Positions 43,370 through 53,315 of a stretch of 64,000 nucleotides of DNA are shown piece by piece (positions within the stretch are counted from its first letter, which is position 1; each line of letters starts with the position of its first letter). Under the pieces are notes generated by a model. That model saw only the letters and a program-made list of their open reading frames with translations. It was not told the DNA's origin and made no database searches. The stretch covers positions 3,083,221-3,147,220 of the forward strand of contig OY970186.1 in assembly GCA_963708105.1 (NCBI GenBank). Direction: 5' to 3'. The translations under genes were made by a program, and so were the position numbers. The stretch is from an uncultured Actinomycetes bacterium. GTDB lineage: Bacteria; Actinomycetota; Acidimicrobiia; IMCC26256; PALSA-610.

Positions 43370-43896
43370 TTAGAGGTAGTCGCCCGGCGGGCGTTCGAGC
43401 GGACCGCTGCCCGTCGCCGCCGCCGGTTCGCAGGCCCGCGCGGTTGCGCATCTCTTCGAACTGGCGCTGCGCCTGCATCTGCTGGGTGAACAGCGTGGCC
43501 TGGATGCCGTGGAACAGGCCTTCGAGCCAGCCGACGAGCTGCGCCTGCGCGATGCGCAGCTCGGCGTCGCTCGGCGTGTCGCTCGAGAACGGCAACGTCA
43601 CGTCGGCGAGCTCTTGGCGGAGGTCGGGGGAGAGGATCTCCTGCAGCTCGTGGATCGAGCGCTCGTGGATCTCCTTCAGCGAGCGGCGACCGGCTTCGTC
43701 GAGCGGGGCGCGGCGCGCCTCGTCGAGGAGCGCGCGCACCATCGCCGCGATCCGGATGAGCTTGGTCGGGCGGGCGACCTGCTCGCCGTCGCCGTCGGCG
43801 CGAGCCCTCGGGCAGGAGCATCGGCATGTCGACGACTTCGGGCGTGACCGGACCCTCGCCCGAGGGACCGTCGGTGCCGGGCTGCATCTGCGTCAC
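43370..43896 (-). CDS. bpa: Bacterial proteasome activator (Bpa/PafE family); frame-disrupted
   Basis: SLKEIHERSIHELQEILSPDLRQEL, AELRIAQAQLVGWLEGLFHGIQATLFTQQM. The HbYX-type C-terminus ...PPGDYL* (TAA 43370-43372) is reached only after a hop. The assembled frame ends ...GRLPLSQ*. Confidence 0.7.
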
Positions 43897-43946
43897 GGGC
43901 GTGCGAATGGTACCGGCCGGACGTCCGTGAACGCCGATCCGAGGGA

Positions 43947-43992
43947 TTCAGACGAGGGCGGTCTTACGGCGCCTTCAGACGAGGGCGGTCTT
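43947..43992. repeat. 27-bp-period direct duplication at the 3' end of the helicase gene
   Basis: ttcagacgagggcggtctt at 43947-43965 and again at 43974-43992; the second copy holds the last codons, the first lies just past the stop. Confidence 0.7.
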
Positions 43993-45157
43993 GCGCCGGG
44001 GCGCCGGACCGTCGAGCGTCGACGAGGTTGGCGAGGCGGGGGTCGTTCGAGAAGACCTCGATGATCGGCTCCCGCATGCCCAGCCGCCGTTGCAGCCGCT
44101 CGACCTCGAGCTCCTGGTTCCAGAGCACGAACGTGACGACCATGCCCTCGTTGCCGGCCCGGGCGGTGCGGCCCGAACGGTGCACGTACGACTTGTGCTC
44201 TTCCGGCGGGTCGTAGTGCACGACCACGTCGACATCGTCGACGTGGATGCCGCGCGCGGCGACGTCGGTCGCGACCAGCACGCCGTGCTCGTCGTTCTGG
44301 AAGTCCTTCAGCGCCTTCTCGCGCGCCGACTGGCGCAGGTCGCCGTGGATCGCGGCGGCGGCGACGCCTTCGCGCTTGAGCTGCGAGACGAGCTTGTCGG
44401 CGCCGCGCTTGGTGCGGACGAACACCATCGTGCGCGACACGCCTGCGGAGATCGCGGCGAGCACCTTGATGCGGTCGAGCTCGTGCACCTTCAAGAAGCG
44501 GTGCAGCATGTCGTCGACGTCTGCTTCCTCCGACACGACTTCGTGCAGCACCGGGTCGTGCATGTAGCGGCGCACCAGCACGTCGACCTCGCGGTCGAGC
44601 GTGGCGGAGAACAGCAGCGTCTGGCGGTCGTTCGGGACCTTGCGCATGATCCACTCGACCTGCGGCAGGAAGCCCATGTCGGCCATGCGGTCGGCTTCGT
44701 CGATGATGAGGATGCCGATCTGGTCGAGGTCGAGCTCGCCCCGCTCGAGCAGGTCGATCAATCGACCCGGGCGTCGCGACCGCGACTTCGATGCGTGCGC
44801 GAGAGGTTGCGGATCTGGCGGTCCATCGACGTGCCGCCGTAGAACGCGGCGACGCGCACGCCGATCTGCTTGCCGATCGGGCTCAGCACGTCGACGACCT
44901 GCTTGGCGAGCTCGCGCGTCGGCACGAGCACGAGTGCGGTCGGGTGTCCGGGCTTCGAGGCCTGCGGTGGTCTGGATGGCCGGCAGACCGAAGGCGAGCG
45001 TCTTGCCCGAGCCGGTCTTGGCCTTGCCGCACACGTCGCGGCCGGCGAGCGCGTCTTCGATGGTGGCGGCCTGGACCGGGAACGGCTCGTTGATGCCTTG
45101 CTCCGCGAGGGCGTCGACGATCTCGGCCCTGAGGCCGAGCTCTTCGAATGTGGTCAC
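43964..45157 (-). CDS. DEAD-box ATP-dependent RNA helicase; frame-disrupted as assembled
   Basis: FEELGL, Q-motif PFPVQ, AKTGSGKTLAF, IIDEADRMADMGF, LFSATL, HRSGRTARAG; likely GTG start 45157 preceded by aggttgagga. Confidence 0.85.
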   Translation of the reverse strand: MTTFEELGLRAEIVDALAEQGINEPFPVQAATIEDALAGRDVCGKAKTGSGKTLAFGLPAIQTTAGLEARTPDRTRARADARARQAGRRRAEPDRQADRRARRRVLRRHVDGPPDPQPLAHASKSRSRRPGRLIDLLERGELDLDQIGILIIDEADRMADMGFLPQVEWIMRKVPNDRQTLLFSATLDREVDVLVRRYMHDPVLHEVVSEEADVDDMLHRFLKVHELDRIKVLAAISAGVSRTMVFVRTKRGADKLVSQLKREGVAAAAIHGDLRQSAREKALKDFQNDEHGVLVATDVAARGIHVDDVDVVVHYDPPEEHKSYVHRSGRTARAGNEGMVVTFVLWNQELEVERLQRRLGMREPIIEVFSNDPRLANLVDARRSGAPAQDRPRLKAP

Positions 45158-45309
45158 GTTTCTCCTCAACCTGTACGTCGTATCGGAGGCCGATCCTCGG
45201 CATCTCCGAACGGAAACAGGTGAGGGACGGCCGCGGGCCCCGGCAGGTGATCATGGGAACCCGAAACACCAGATTAGCTGGTCAGGGCAAATGCCCCGGC
45301 CACCCGCTC

Positions 45310-46173
45310 TTACCGGAGCGCAGGCGAGCGTCCGTCAGCCCTCGCCGGTAGCGGAGCGATCGAGAGGGCGCCGAAGACCAGTGCTGATCGCGGCCGCCCA
45401 GAGGAACGTGCCGACCACGTAGTAGCTCGGTGGCGTGGGGGAGGTGGCTGCCCGCGTTGGCCCCGAGGACGAGCGAACGGACCGCGTCGACCATCACCGT
45501 GATCGGCTGGTGCTGGGCGAACGGCTGCATCCAGCCGGGCATGCTCGCGACCGGCACGTAGCGCGCTCGAGACGAATGTCAGCGGGAACACGAGCAGCGA
45601 GATGCCCTGCGCGGCCTGGGCCGTACCCGAGACGAGCCCGATGTAGATGAACACCCACGAGAACGCGTACGCGGCGACGATGCAGAGGCCGAACGCGGCC
45701 GAGCGCGTGGCCGATGCTCGCGTGCAGCCGGAACCCGACCGCGAAGCCGATCGCGGTCGTGATCGAGGAGTCCCCACGTGGCGGTGATCGTGTCGGCGAG
45801 GGCGCGGCCGGCCATCACGCTGCTGCGCGGGATCGGCAGCGAACGCAGCCGGTCGATGAAGCCGGCTTCGAGATCTTCGGCGACGCCCGACGCCGCGCTC
45901 GATCCGGCGAACAGCACGCCGGTGAGCACGAAGCCGGGGACGAGGAAGTCGACGTACGACACGGTGCCCGGTGTTGATCGCGCCGCCGAACACGTAGCGG
46001 AAGATCAGCAGGAACATCGCGCCCTGGATGGTGCCGACGACGGCGAGCTGCGGGCTGCGCGGCGAACTTGCGGACGGTACCGGCGCGCGACCTCGACGAC
46101 GGTCGTGCGTCGGGCCCGCGGTGCGTTCGGGCGCGGTGATGGAGTGGGCGGCGGGAGCGGTCATCGTTTGCAT
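45310..46173 (-). CDS. ABC-2 type exporter permease (DrrB-like); frame-disrupted, 3' end approximate
   Basis: ATG 46173 overlaps the ATPase stop; AVVGTIQGAMFLLIFRYVFGGAINTG, FLVPGFVLTGVLFAGS, VFIYIGLVSGTAQAAQGISLLVFPLTFVS. Confidence 0.7.
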   Translation of the reverse strand: MQTMTAPAAHSITAPERTAGPTHDRRRGRAPVPSASSPRSPQLAVVGTIQGAMFLLIFRYVFGGAINTGHRVVRRLPRPRLRAHRRAVRRIERGVGRRRRSRSRLHRPAAFAADPAQQRDGRPRPRRHDHRHVGTPRSRPRSASRSGSGCTRASATRSAAFGLCIVAAYAFSWVFIYIGLVSGTAQAAQGISLLVFPLTFVSSALRAGREHARLDAAVRPAPADHGDGRRGPFARPRGQRGQPPPPRHRATTWSARSSGRPRSALVFGALSIAPLPARADGRSPALR

Positions 46174-47184
46174 CAGGCGGCCTTTCGTTCGTGTCGGCGT
46201 TCGTTCGTCTGTGTTCTCGTCGGTCGTCGTCGGCGCGTTCGGTCGGCGCGACGCCGGTGAGCGCGAGGAACACCTCGTCGAGAGTCGGTCGGCGCAGTGC
46301 GACGTCGTCGATCGCGATGCCGAGGTCGCCGACGATGCGGACGGCGTCGGTGAGTCGCTCGGGCCCGTCGTCGACCGCGATCGCGAGCCGGCGCGTTCCC
46401 TCGTCGACGCGCGGATCGTCGTGACCGAGGCGGTGCGAGCGCGTTCGCGAGCTGACCGAGCGACGCGCGCGTCGCGGGCGTGGATCTCGACCACGTCCTG
46501 GCCGGCGCGCGACTTCAGCTCGTCGGGCGTACCCGCCGCGATGACGCGGCCGTGGTCGATGATCACGATCTCCTGCGCGAGTTGGTCGGCCTCGTCGAGG
46601 TATTGCGTCGTGAGCAGCACGTCGGTGCCGGTGCTGACGAGGTCGCGGATCGTGTCCCAGAGCTCGATGCGGCTGCGGGGATCGAGCCCGGTCGTCGGTT
46701 CGTCGAGCAGCAGCAACTTCGGTGCGCCGACCAGGCTCGCGCCGAGGTCGAGCTTGCGCCGCATGCCGCCCGAGTACGTCTTGACCCGGCGGTCGGCGGC
46801 TTCGACGAGACCGAGCCGTTCGAGCACGGCGTCGGCAGTTCGGCGCGCGCCGTACGGCCTCGGTGCCCGAACAGCCGGGCGATCATCTCGAGGTTCTCCC
46901 GACCGGTCATCGTCGGCTCGACGGCCGCGTACTGACCCGCGAGCCCGATCAGCCGGCGCACTTCGTTCGGATGCTTCAGCGCGTCGACGCCGGCGACGTG
47001 CAGCGTGCCGGCGTCGGGCCGCAGCAACGTGGCGACCGACGCGCACGAACGTGGTCTTGCCCGCGCCGTTCGGGCCGAGCAACGCGACGACGTGACCGTC
47101 GCTCGCGACGAGGTCGAGGTCGTCGAGCGCGCGCACGTTCTTGTACTTCTTGGTGAGGCCGCGTGCCTCTACGAGCGGTGTCAT
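46174..47184 (-). CDS. ABC exporter ATP-binding protein (DrrA-like); frame-disrupted as assembled
   Basis: LGPNGAGKTTFVR, YSGGMRRKLDLGASL, LLLDEPTTGLDP, LLTTQYLDEADQLA. Confidence 0.85.
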
Positions 47185-47830
47185 CTTCTCCGGTCTCCTT
47201 CGCTGTCTGTGGGAACCACTGGCGCGGCGCGGTGTCGTCGACGTACCAGCTGCGCCACTCGTCGAGACCGTCGAGCTTGTTGTTCTCGAGGTCGGTGATC
47301 AGGCCGTGCACGAAGTCGAGCTCGGCGCGGAGCAGCGCGTCGCCGTACTCCGACTCGAGCATGAACAGGCGCGGCAGCTCCTGGTCGTGCGCGAGGGCGT
47401 TGGTGGCCTCCGACTGACGGAGCGCGGATCTCGAGCGCGTTCGCGCGCAGGCGCAGGAGCTCGAGCGGCTTCGTCGGGCGGGAGGCCGGGCAGCAACGAG
47501 AGTGCGGCCTCGAACTGGAGGTACTCCTTGGCCGGGGTCGACACGAGCTCCGAGAGCCAGTCGGTGAGCTCGCGGACGCCGAGCGGGGTGATGGCGTAGA
47601 CGGTTCGCTCCGGGCGCTTGCCCTCGCGGACCGTCTCCGTGCGGCTCGATCAGCCCCCGGCCCGCGAGGCTCTCGATGACGCTGTAGAGCGAGCCGAAGT
47701 TGAGCCGGATGCTCTCGTGCTTGGCCCGGCTACGCAGCGTCTGGGCCACCTCGTACGGATGCATCGGGCGCTCGTGCAGGCACGTGAGGATCGCCAGGGC
47801 GAGCGGATTGGCGCGGTTCCGGGCTGTCAT
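47181..47830 (-). CDS. PadR family transcriptional regulator; frame-disrupted as assembled
   Basis: LALAILTCLHERPMHPYEVAQTL, FGSLYSVIESLAGRGLIE, C-terminal LRAELDFVHGLITDLE; the likely stop overlaps the ATPase ATG (ATGA at 47181-47184). Confidence 0.8.
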
Positions 47831-47894
47831 GAGTTCCAGAATATCAGAGTCAGAGTATTACGCAACGAATATCTGACCACCGGCCCTGAGGTCT

Positions 47895-47943
47895 ACAGTG
47901 GGCACGCTCACGCACCGCAGGGGTATGTGAGCGTGCCCACTGT
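47895..47943. repeat. Perfect 17-bp inverted repeat (stem-loop or operator) in the padR / amidohydrolase divergent region
   Basis: acagtgggcacgctcac (47895-47911), 15-nt spacer, gtgagcgtgcccactgt (47927-47943); no T-tract follows. Confidence 0.8.
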
Positions 47944-47996
47944 TGGGACGGGGGCGGGGAATTAGCGTCCGGCGCGTGGCCTACGCGACGCGACCG

Positions 47997-49170
47997 ATGC
48001 ACGACGCCGACTCGCACATCATGGAGCCGGCCGACTGGCTGCATCCCTACCTCGATGCCCGGACCCGCGAGCGGTTTCCCGCTCGTGTGGACCGACGCCA
48101 ACGAGGACACCACGCCCGGCGACGCGGTCGAGCGCGCGACCGCGCTGCACCACGAGCCGTCGTACCGCGCCGACGACGCCGCCCAGATCACGCTGCGCAA
48201 GAACTTCCTCGCGACGGGATCGTTCCTGAACGACGACCGCGCCGCGCGCGCTCGACCTGCTCGGCTTCGCGAGCCAACTCGTCTTCGACACGTTCACGAG
48301 CCCGCACGCGTTGCGCTTCGATCGCGACGGCGACCACGAGCTCGCAGTCACGATCGCACGCGCGCAACACCGCGCGGTGCTCGACTGGTGCTCCGTCGAT
48401 CCGCGGCTGCTACCGGTAACGGTCGTTCCCGTCGGTGACACCGCGGCCGCGGTCGCGCTGACGAACGAGGCGATCGACGCGGGGAGCGCGGCGATCTGGA
48501 TCGGCCAGTATCCGGCCGGGCATTCGCCGAGTCACGTTGCGCTCGAACCGATGTGGGCTGCGTGCGCGGAGGCGGGCGTGCCCGTCGTGCTGCACGTCGC
48601 CGGCGCGGGTGCGAACGTGATGGCACCCGACTTCTTCGACAACGGGTTGCCGCCGGTTCCCGATTTCCACGGCGGCGACACCAACTTCAAGTCGATCGAC
48701 TACCTGTCGATCCCGTTGCCCGTGATGCAGACGTTGAACGCGTTGATCATCGACGGCGTGCTGATGCGGTATCCGGCGTTGCGCATCGGCGTCATCGAGC
48801 TCGGTGCCACGTGGGTTCCGGGTTGGATGCGCTCAGCTCGATTCCGCGCACGAGGCGTTCCGCAAGAACGAGCCGCGGCTGCAGGCCATGGACCTGCGTC
48901 CGAGCGAGTACGTGCAACGCCAGGTGCGCGTAACGCCGTATCCGCACGAGGACACCGGCTGGACGATCGCGAACACCGGTCGCGGACGTGTGCATGTTCT
49001 CTTCCGACTTCCCCCACGTCGAGGGCGGTCGCAATCCGATCGCGCGGTTCGAACGCAGCATGGACGACGCGGACATCGGTGCCGAGGTGCGGCAACAGTT
49101 CTACGTCGACAACTTCGTCGACCTGCTCGGTCCGGTCCTCGATCGCCGCGGCATTCCGACGCTCGTGTAG
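47997..49170 (+). CDS. Metal-dependent amidohydrolase-2 (ACMSD-like) family protein; frame-disrupted as assembled
   Basis: MHDADSHIMEP, VVLHVAGAG, RIGVIELGATWVPGW, SSDFPHVEG; about four hops. Confidence 0.75.
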
Positions 49171-49201
49171 CTCGCACTACGCGAGCGCCACGCACGCTTC
49201 G

Positions 49202-49831
49202 TCATTCGTTGGTTCGGAGGACGACGAACTGATACGGCCAGTCGTCGGTCGCGGGCTGCCACGTCGTGAACTGTTCGATCCGTCCGTACGGTGCGAGCAG
49301 CGTGTGGACGCGCGCATCCGTGCGCCGGCTGAAGAATCGCTTCGGCACGATCGTGTCGTCCGGGTTGACGCCTTCGGTGTCGGCCGGTGCGCCCCACAGC
49401 CCGATGGCGAGCGGTCCGCCGGGCCGGATCACCCGGCACAGCTCCTTCATTGCACCGTCGATGGACGCGTTCGGCACGTGAACGAGCGTGCTCATGGTCC
49501 AGCCCGCGTCGCACGCAGCGTCGTCGAACGGAAGCGCGTAGATCGATGCCACGACGGCCTGAATCCCGTTTGTCGCGCGAGGCAGCGCGTTGGCCGCGCT
49601 GAGATCGACGCCGACGACGCGGGTGTCCGCCTCGACGAAAGCCACCGCATCTCGACCGGGCCCGGTGCCGACCTCGAGCATCGTCGACCGGCCTTCGGCG
49701 CGTAGCTGTGCGACGAACGCGTCTCGGCACGCGACGCGCGTCGGATCGATCGGTCGTCTGACGCGGGCGCCGGCCTCCGCCTCCTGGTCGTAGTAGCGAG
49801 CCAGATCCGCGTCTGCGTCCACGTCGGGCAC
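49202..49831 (-). CDS. Class I SAM-dependent methyltransferase
   Basis: Intact about 210 codons from GTG 49831; MLEVGTGPGRDAVAF (motif I), VVGVDLS, RVIRPGGPLAI. Confidence 0.75.
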   Translation of the reverse strand: MPDVDADADLARYYDQEAEAGARVRRPIDPTRVACRDAFVAQLRAEGRSTMLEVGTGPGRDAVAFVEADTRVVGVDLSAANALPRATNGIQAVVASIYALPFDDAACDAGWTMSTLVHVPNASIDGAMKELCRVIRPGGPLAIGLWGAPADTEGVNPDDTIVPKRFFSRRTDARVHTLLAPYGRIEQFTTWQPATDDWPYQFVVLRTNE

Positions 49832-49848
49832 AGTGCTGCGAGCTCGCG

Positions 49849-50443
49849 CTACTCGCGCACGGCGCGCAGGGCGCGGCGCCACACCGCGCGGTACGCGTCG
49901 ATGCCGTCGGCCGAGAGCGATCCTTCGGGGCCCGCGGCGATCGAGACGCGCTCCGGGATCGTTCCCCACACCGTCGACGTTGGCTTCCGTCCATGCCGCC
50001 ACGACGTCCTGGTAGTCGCGCGTGTAGGTGCGCGCCGAGGAGATCACGAGCCCGACGGGCGTCTTGCGGGGCACGAGGTCGAGCACCGCCTCGACCCGGG
50101 CAGTCTCGACGCCGCCGATGCGGGTCGGAACGACCACGACGTCGGCGCGCTCCATGGCTTTGGCCAGCAGTCGTTCGTTCCCGGGCGGCGTGTCGACGAC
50201 CGCGACCTCCTCGCCGTCGATCCGGTCGAGGGCCTTCACGAGGAGCCGATCCGTCGGCGCCTCGACCAGGGTCACCCGTTCGAGGTACTCGTCCTCGGCG
50301 GCCTCGATCCAGTCGGCCGCGCTGGCCTGCGGATCCGAATCGACCAGCGTGGACGGGCGCCGGGCCGCCGCCAGGGCAGACAGATACACGGACGTGGTGG
50401 TCTTGCCGACCCCACCTTTGAGTGCCGCGACGACGATGATCAT
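49849..50443 (-). CDS. Small ParA/MinD-like P-loop ATPase (no ParB seen); one frame hop
   Basis: Deviant Walker A MIIVVAALKGGVGKTT, LVDSDPQASA, VAVVDTPPG, VVVPT. After a hop near 49972 the C-terminus reads VWGTIPERVSIAAGPEG...AVRE* (TAG 49849-49851). The assembled frame instead fuses to the methyltransferase. Confidence 0.8.
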
Positions 50444-50514
50444 GGCCCCGAACGTATCGAGTCCGGCTCCGGTCCCGACAGCCTGCCTGGTGAACCGACC
50501 CGGATGTGAAAACA

Positions 50515-50534
50515 CCTACCTACGGGTAGGTAGG
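50515..50534. promoter_or_regulatory. Palindrome just upstream of the desaturase start codon
   Basis: cctaccta-cggg-taggtagg, perfect 8-bp arms, ending 8 nt before ATG 50543; it overlaps the only purine-rich (ggtagg) stretch available as an RBS. Confidence 0.4.
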
Positions 50535-50542
50535 CTTGGGCC

Positions 50543-51451
50543 ATGACTCTTACGAGCTCCCGGACCTGGTGGACGTGTCTGACGCCCAAGGTCGAGCAAC
50601 TCTTCGAGCGTCACCTCGCCACCACGAAGTCGTGGATTCCGCACGAGCTCATCCCGTGGGAGCGCGCGGCCGACGTCGGCGCCGCGCGGTCCGTTCGACG
50701 AAGCGAGCTCGCCGCTGTCGTCCGGCGTGCGCAGCGCGCTCGTGGTGAACCTGCTCACCGAGGACAACCTGCCGTACTACTTCGAGACCATCAACCGGAT
50801 GTTCGCGAACGACATCTGGCGCGAGTGGGGCAAGCGTTGGACAGCCGAAGAGATGCGCCACGGCATCGTGATCCGCGACTACATCACGGTCACGCACGCG
50901 GTCGATCTCGAAGCTTTCGAGCACGCGCGCATGCACCAGGTGTGCGGCGGACAGGTCCCGCAGCCCGACAGCGCGGTCGACACGCTCGCGTACGTCGCGC
51001 TGCAGGAGCTGGCCACCCGCATCTCGCACCGCAACACCGGCAACCTGCTCGACGACGAAGCCGGTTATCAGCGTGATGGCGCGCGTCGCGGCCGACGAGA
51101 ACCTGCACTACCTCTTCTACCGGGACCTCGTCTCGGCCGCGCTCGAAGTCGATCCCTCGGGAACGATGTGCGCGATCGAGCGCCAGGTGCGCACGTTCGA
51201 GATGCCGGGCGGTGGCATTCCCGACTTCACCGCGCACGCGAACGCAATCGCGGCGGCGGGCATCTACGACCTCGTGCTGCACCACGACCAGGTGCTCGTG
51301 CCCGTCGTACTGCGCCACTGGGGAGTGGAGACCGTCGAGGGTCTCGACGCCGGAAGCCGAGATCGCCCGGGAACGGATCGTGCACCACATCGCGCGCATC
51401 GGCCGGATCGGGAAGCGGCTCGCCGACCGGCGTGCTGTGCCCGTCGCCTAA
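50543..51451 (+). CDS. Acyl-ACP desaturase (DesA-type di-iron enzyme); frame-disrupted as assembled
   Basis: LLTEDNLPYYF, WTAEEMRHG, ALQELATRISH, ADENLHYLFYRD (two EXXH di-iron motifs); about three hops. Confidence 0.8.
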
Positions 51452-51522
51452 CTCCGTTTTCTCGAGCACTCGGGGGCGAAAACAGGAGCGCGCGTCGGGT
51501 TCGCCCGTGCGAGGATGGCGCG

Positions 51523-52432
51523 ATGAAGGCGATCGAGGTCCGCGGCCTGCGCAAGGCGTACGGCGGTGTGGTCGCAGTGAACGACCTCAGCTTCAGCGTC
51601 GACGAGGGCGAGGTGCTCGCGGTTCTCGGGCCGAACGGCGCGGGCAAGACCACGACCGTCGAGATCTTGGAGGGCTATCGCGACCGCGACGGGGGCGAGG
51701 TCAAGGTCGTCGGTTTCGATCCCGCCGACGGCGGCGCGGATTTCCGCACGCGGATCGGGATCGTGTTGCAGTCGGGCGGTTTCGATCCGTACCTGACCGT
51801 GCGCGAGATGCTGACGATGTACGCGGGCTTCTATCCCGCGCCCCGTTCCGTCGACGATGTCATCGAGTTGGTCGATCTCGGAGAGAAGGCCGCGAGTCGG
51901 GTGCGCACGTTGTCGGGCGGTCAGCAGCGCCGGCTCGATCTCGCGCTCGGCCTCGTCGGCGATCCCGACCTGTTGTTCCTCGACGAGCCGACGACGGGTT
52001 TCGATCCTTCCGCGCGCCGTCACGCCTGGGATCTCATCCGCCGCATGTGCGACCTCGGCAAGACGGTTCTGCTGACGACGCACTACATGGAAGAAGCGCA
52101 GGCGCTGGCCGACCGGGTCGTGGTGATCACGGCGGGCGAGAAGGTCGCCGAAGGAACGCCCGAATCGATCGGCGGTCGGTCGACGGCCGAGGTCGAGATC
52201 CGGTTCGTGCTGCCTACCGCGACGAGCGCGGCCGACGTGCCGATCACGGTTACCGAGGAGAGCGGCGGTGTGGTCGTCACGCGGACCGCGCATCCAACGG
52301 CGGTGCTGCAGCGAGCTCACGACGTGGGCCGTCGCACGGGGCACGGAGCTGGAAGGCCTCACCGTGACCCGCCCGTCGCTCGAAGACGTGTATCTGCAGC
52401 TGACGGGGAGCGACGAGGACACCGCATCGTGA
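51523..52432 (+). CDS. ABC exporter ATP-binding protein; one hop near the 3' end
   Basis: LGPNGAGKTTTV, LSGGQQRRLDLALGL, LFLDEPTTGFDP. After a hop near 52310 the tail reads TELEGLTVTRPSLEDVYLQLTGSDEDTAS*. Confidence 0.85.
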
Positions 52433-52451
52433 TGATCACGAGTTCGGCGCC

Positions 52452-53226
52452 ATGACCTCGATCGTCGCTGCTTCGGTTCGCCAGACGCGCTGGGAACGCA
52501 AGATGTTCTGGCGCAACCCGCCGCTCGCGGGATTCACGTTCGCGTTCCCGTTGATGTTCCTCGTGATCTTCGCCGCGATCAACGGCAACGACACCATTCG
52601 CCTCGCGCACGGCACCGCGAAGTTCGCGCAGTACTACGTGCCCGCGATCATCGCGTTCGGGCTGATCTCGGCGTGTTACACGAACCTCGCGTTCACGATC
52701 TCCGTCCGGCGCGAGCGCGGCGTGTTCAAACGCGTGCGCGGTACTCCGCTCCCGCCGGTCGCGTATCTCGCGGGCATCGTCGGCAACGCGTTGGTGTCGG
52801 CGGTGATCCTCACCGTGTTGACCATCGCACTCGGGCTGATCGCGTACGGCGTGACGCTTCCGCATCGCTATCTCGGTCTGGTCCTGACGATCCTGCTCGG
52901 CGCGTTCTGCTTCAGTGCGTGCGGCGCAGCCGTCGCCACGTTCATTCCCAACGAAGACGCCGCGCCCGCGATCGTGAACTTCGTCCTGTTCCCGTTGCTG
53001 TTCATCTCGGGAACGTTCGGAACCATCGCGAGCACTTCGTTCCTGGGCCGGGTTGCCGCGGTGTTCCCGATCCGCCACCTCGTCCTGCAACTCGAGGCCA
53101 TCTTCGATCCGATCGCTGCACGGCACGGGTATCTCCGCGTTCCACGTGGGCGTGCTGCTCGCGTGGGGTGTGGCCGGCATTGCGATTGCCGCGCTGCGGT
53201 TCCGGTGGGAGCCACCGCAGGGCTGA
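52452..53226 (+). CDS. ABC-2 type exporter permease; one hop near the 3' end
   Basis: FWRNPPLAGFTFAFPLMFLVIF, YYVPAIIAFGLISACY, NFVLFPLLFISGTF; tail VGVLLAWGVAGIAIAALRFRWEPPQG* in another frame. Confidence 0.75.
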
Positions 53227-53315
53227 GGCTTCGGATCGCGGGATCGACCGGGATTGGCCGGGATTGACCGATGGATCGCGTCGGTAGGCTCGACCGGGAT
53301 GTTGGCCGAGCTGTC

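Noticed and set aside
49202-50515. A single 437-aa ParA-methyltransferase fusion protein, as suggested by the ORF track
   Set aside because: The linker is Arg-rich nonsense. The neighbouring frame gives a normal ParA C-terminus (VWGTIPERVSIAAGPEG...) ending at TAG 49849-49851, and the methyltransferase has its own GTG at 49831.
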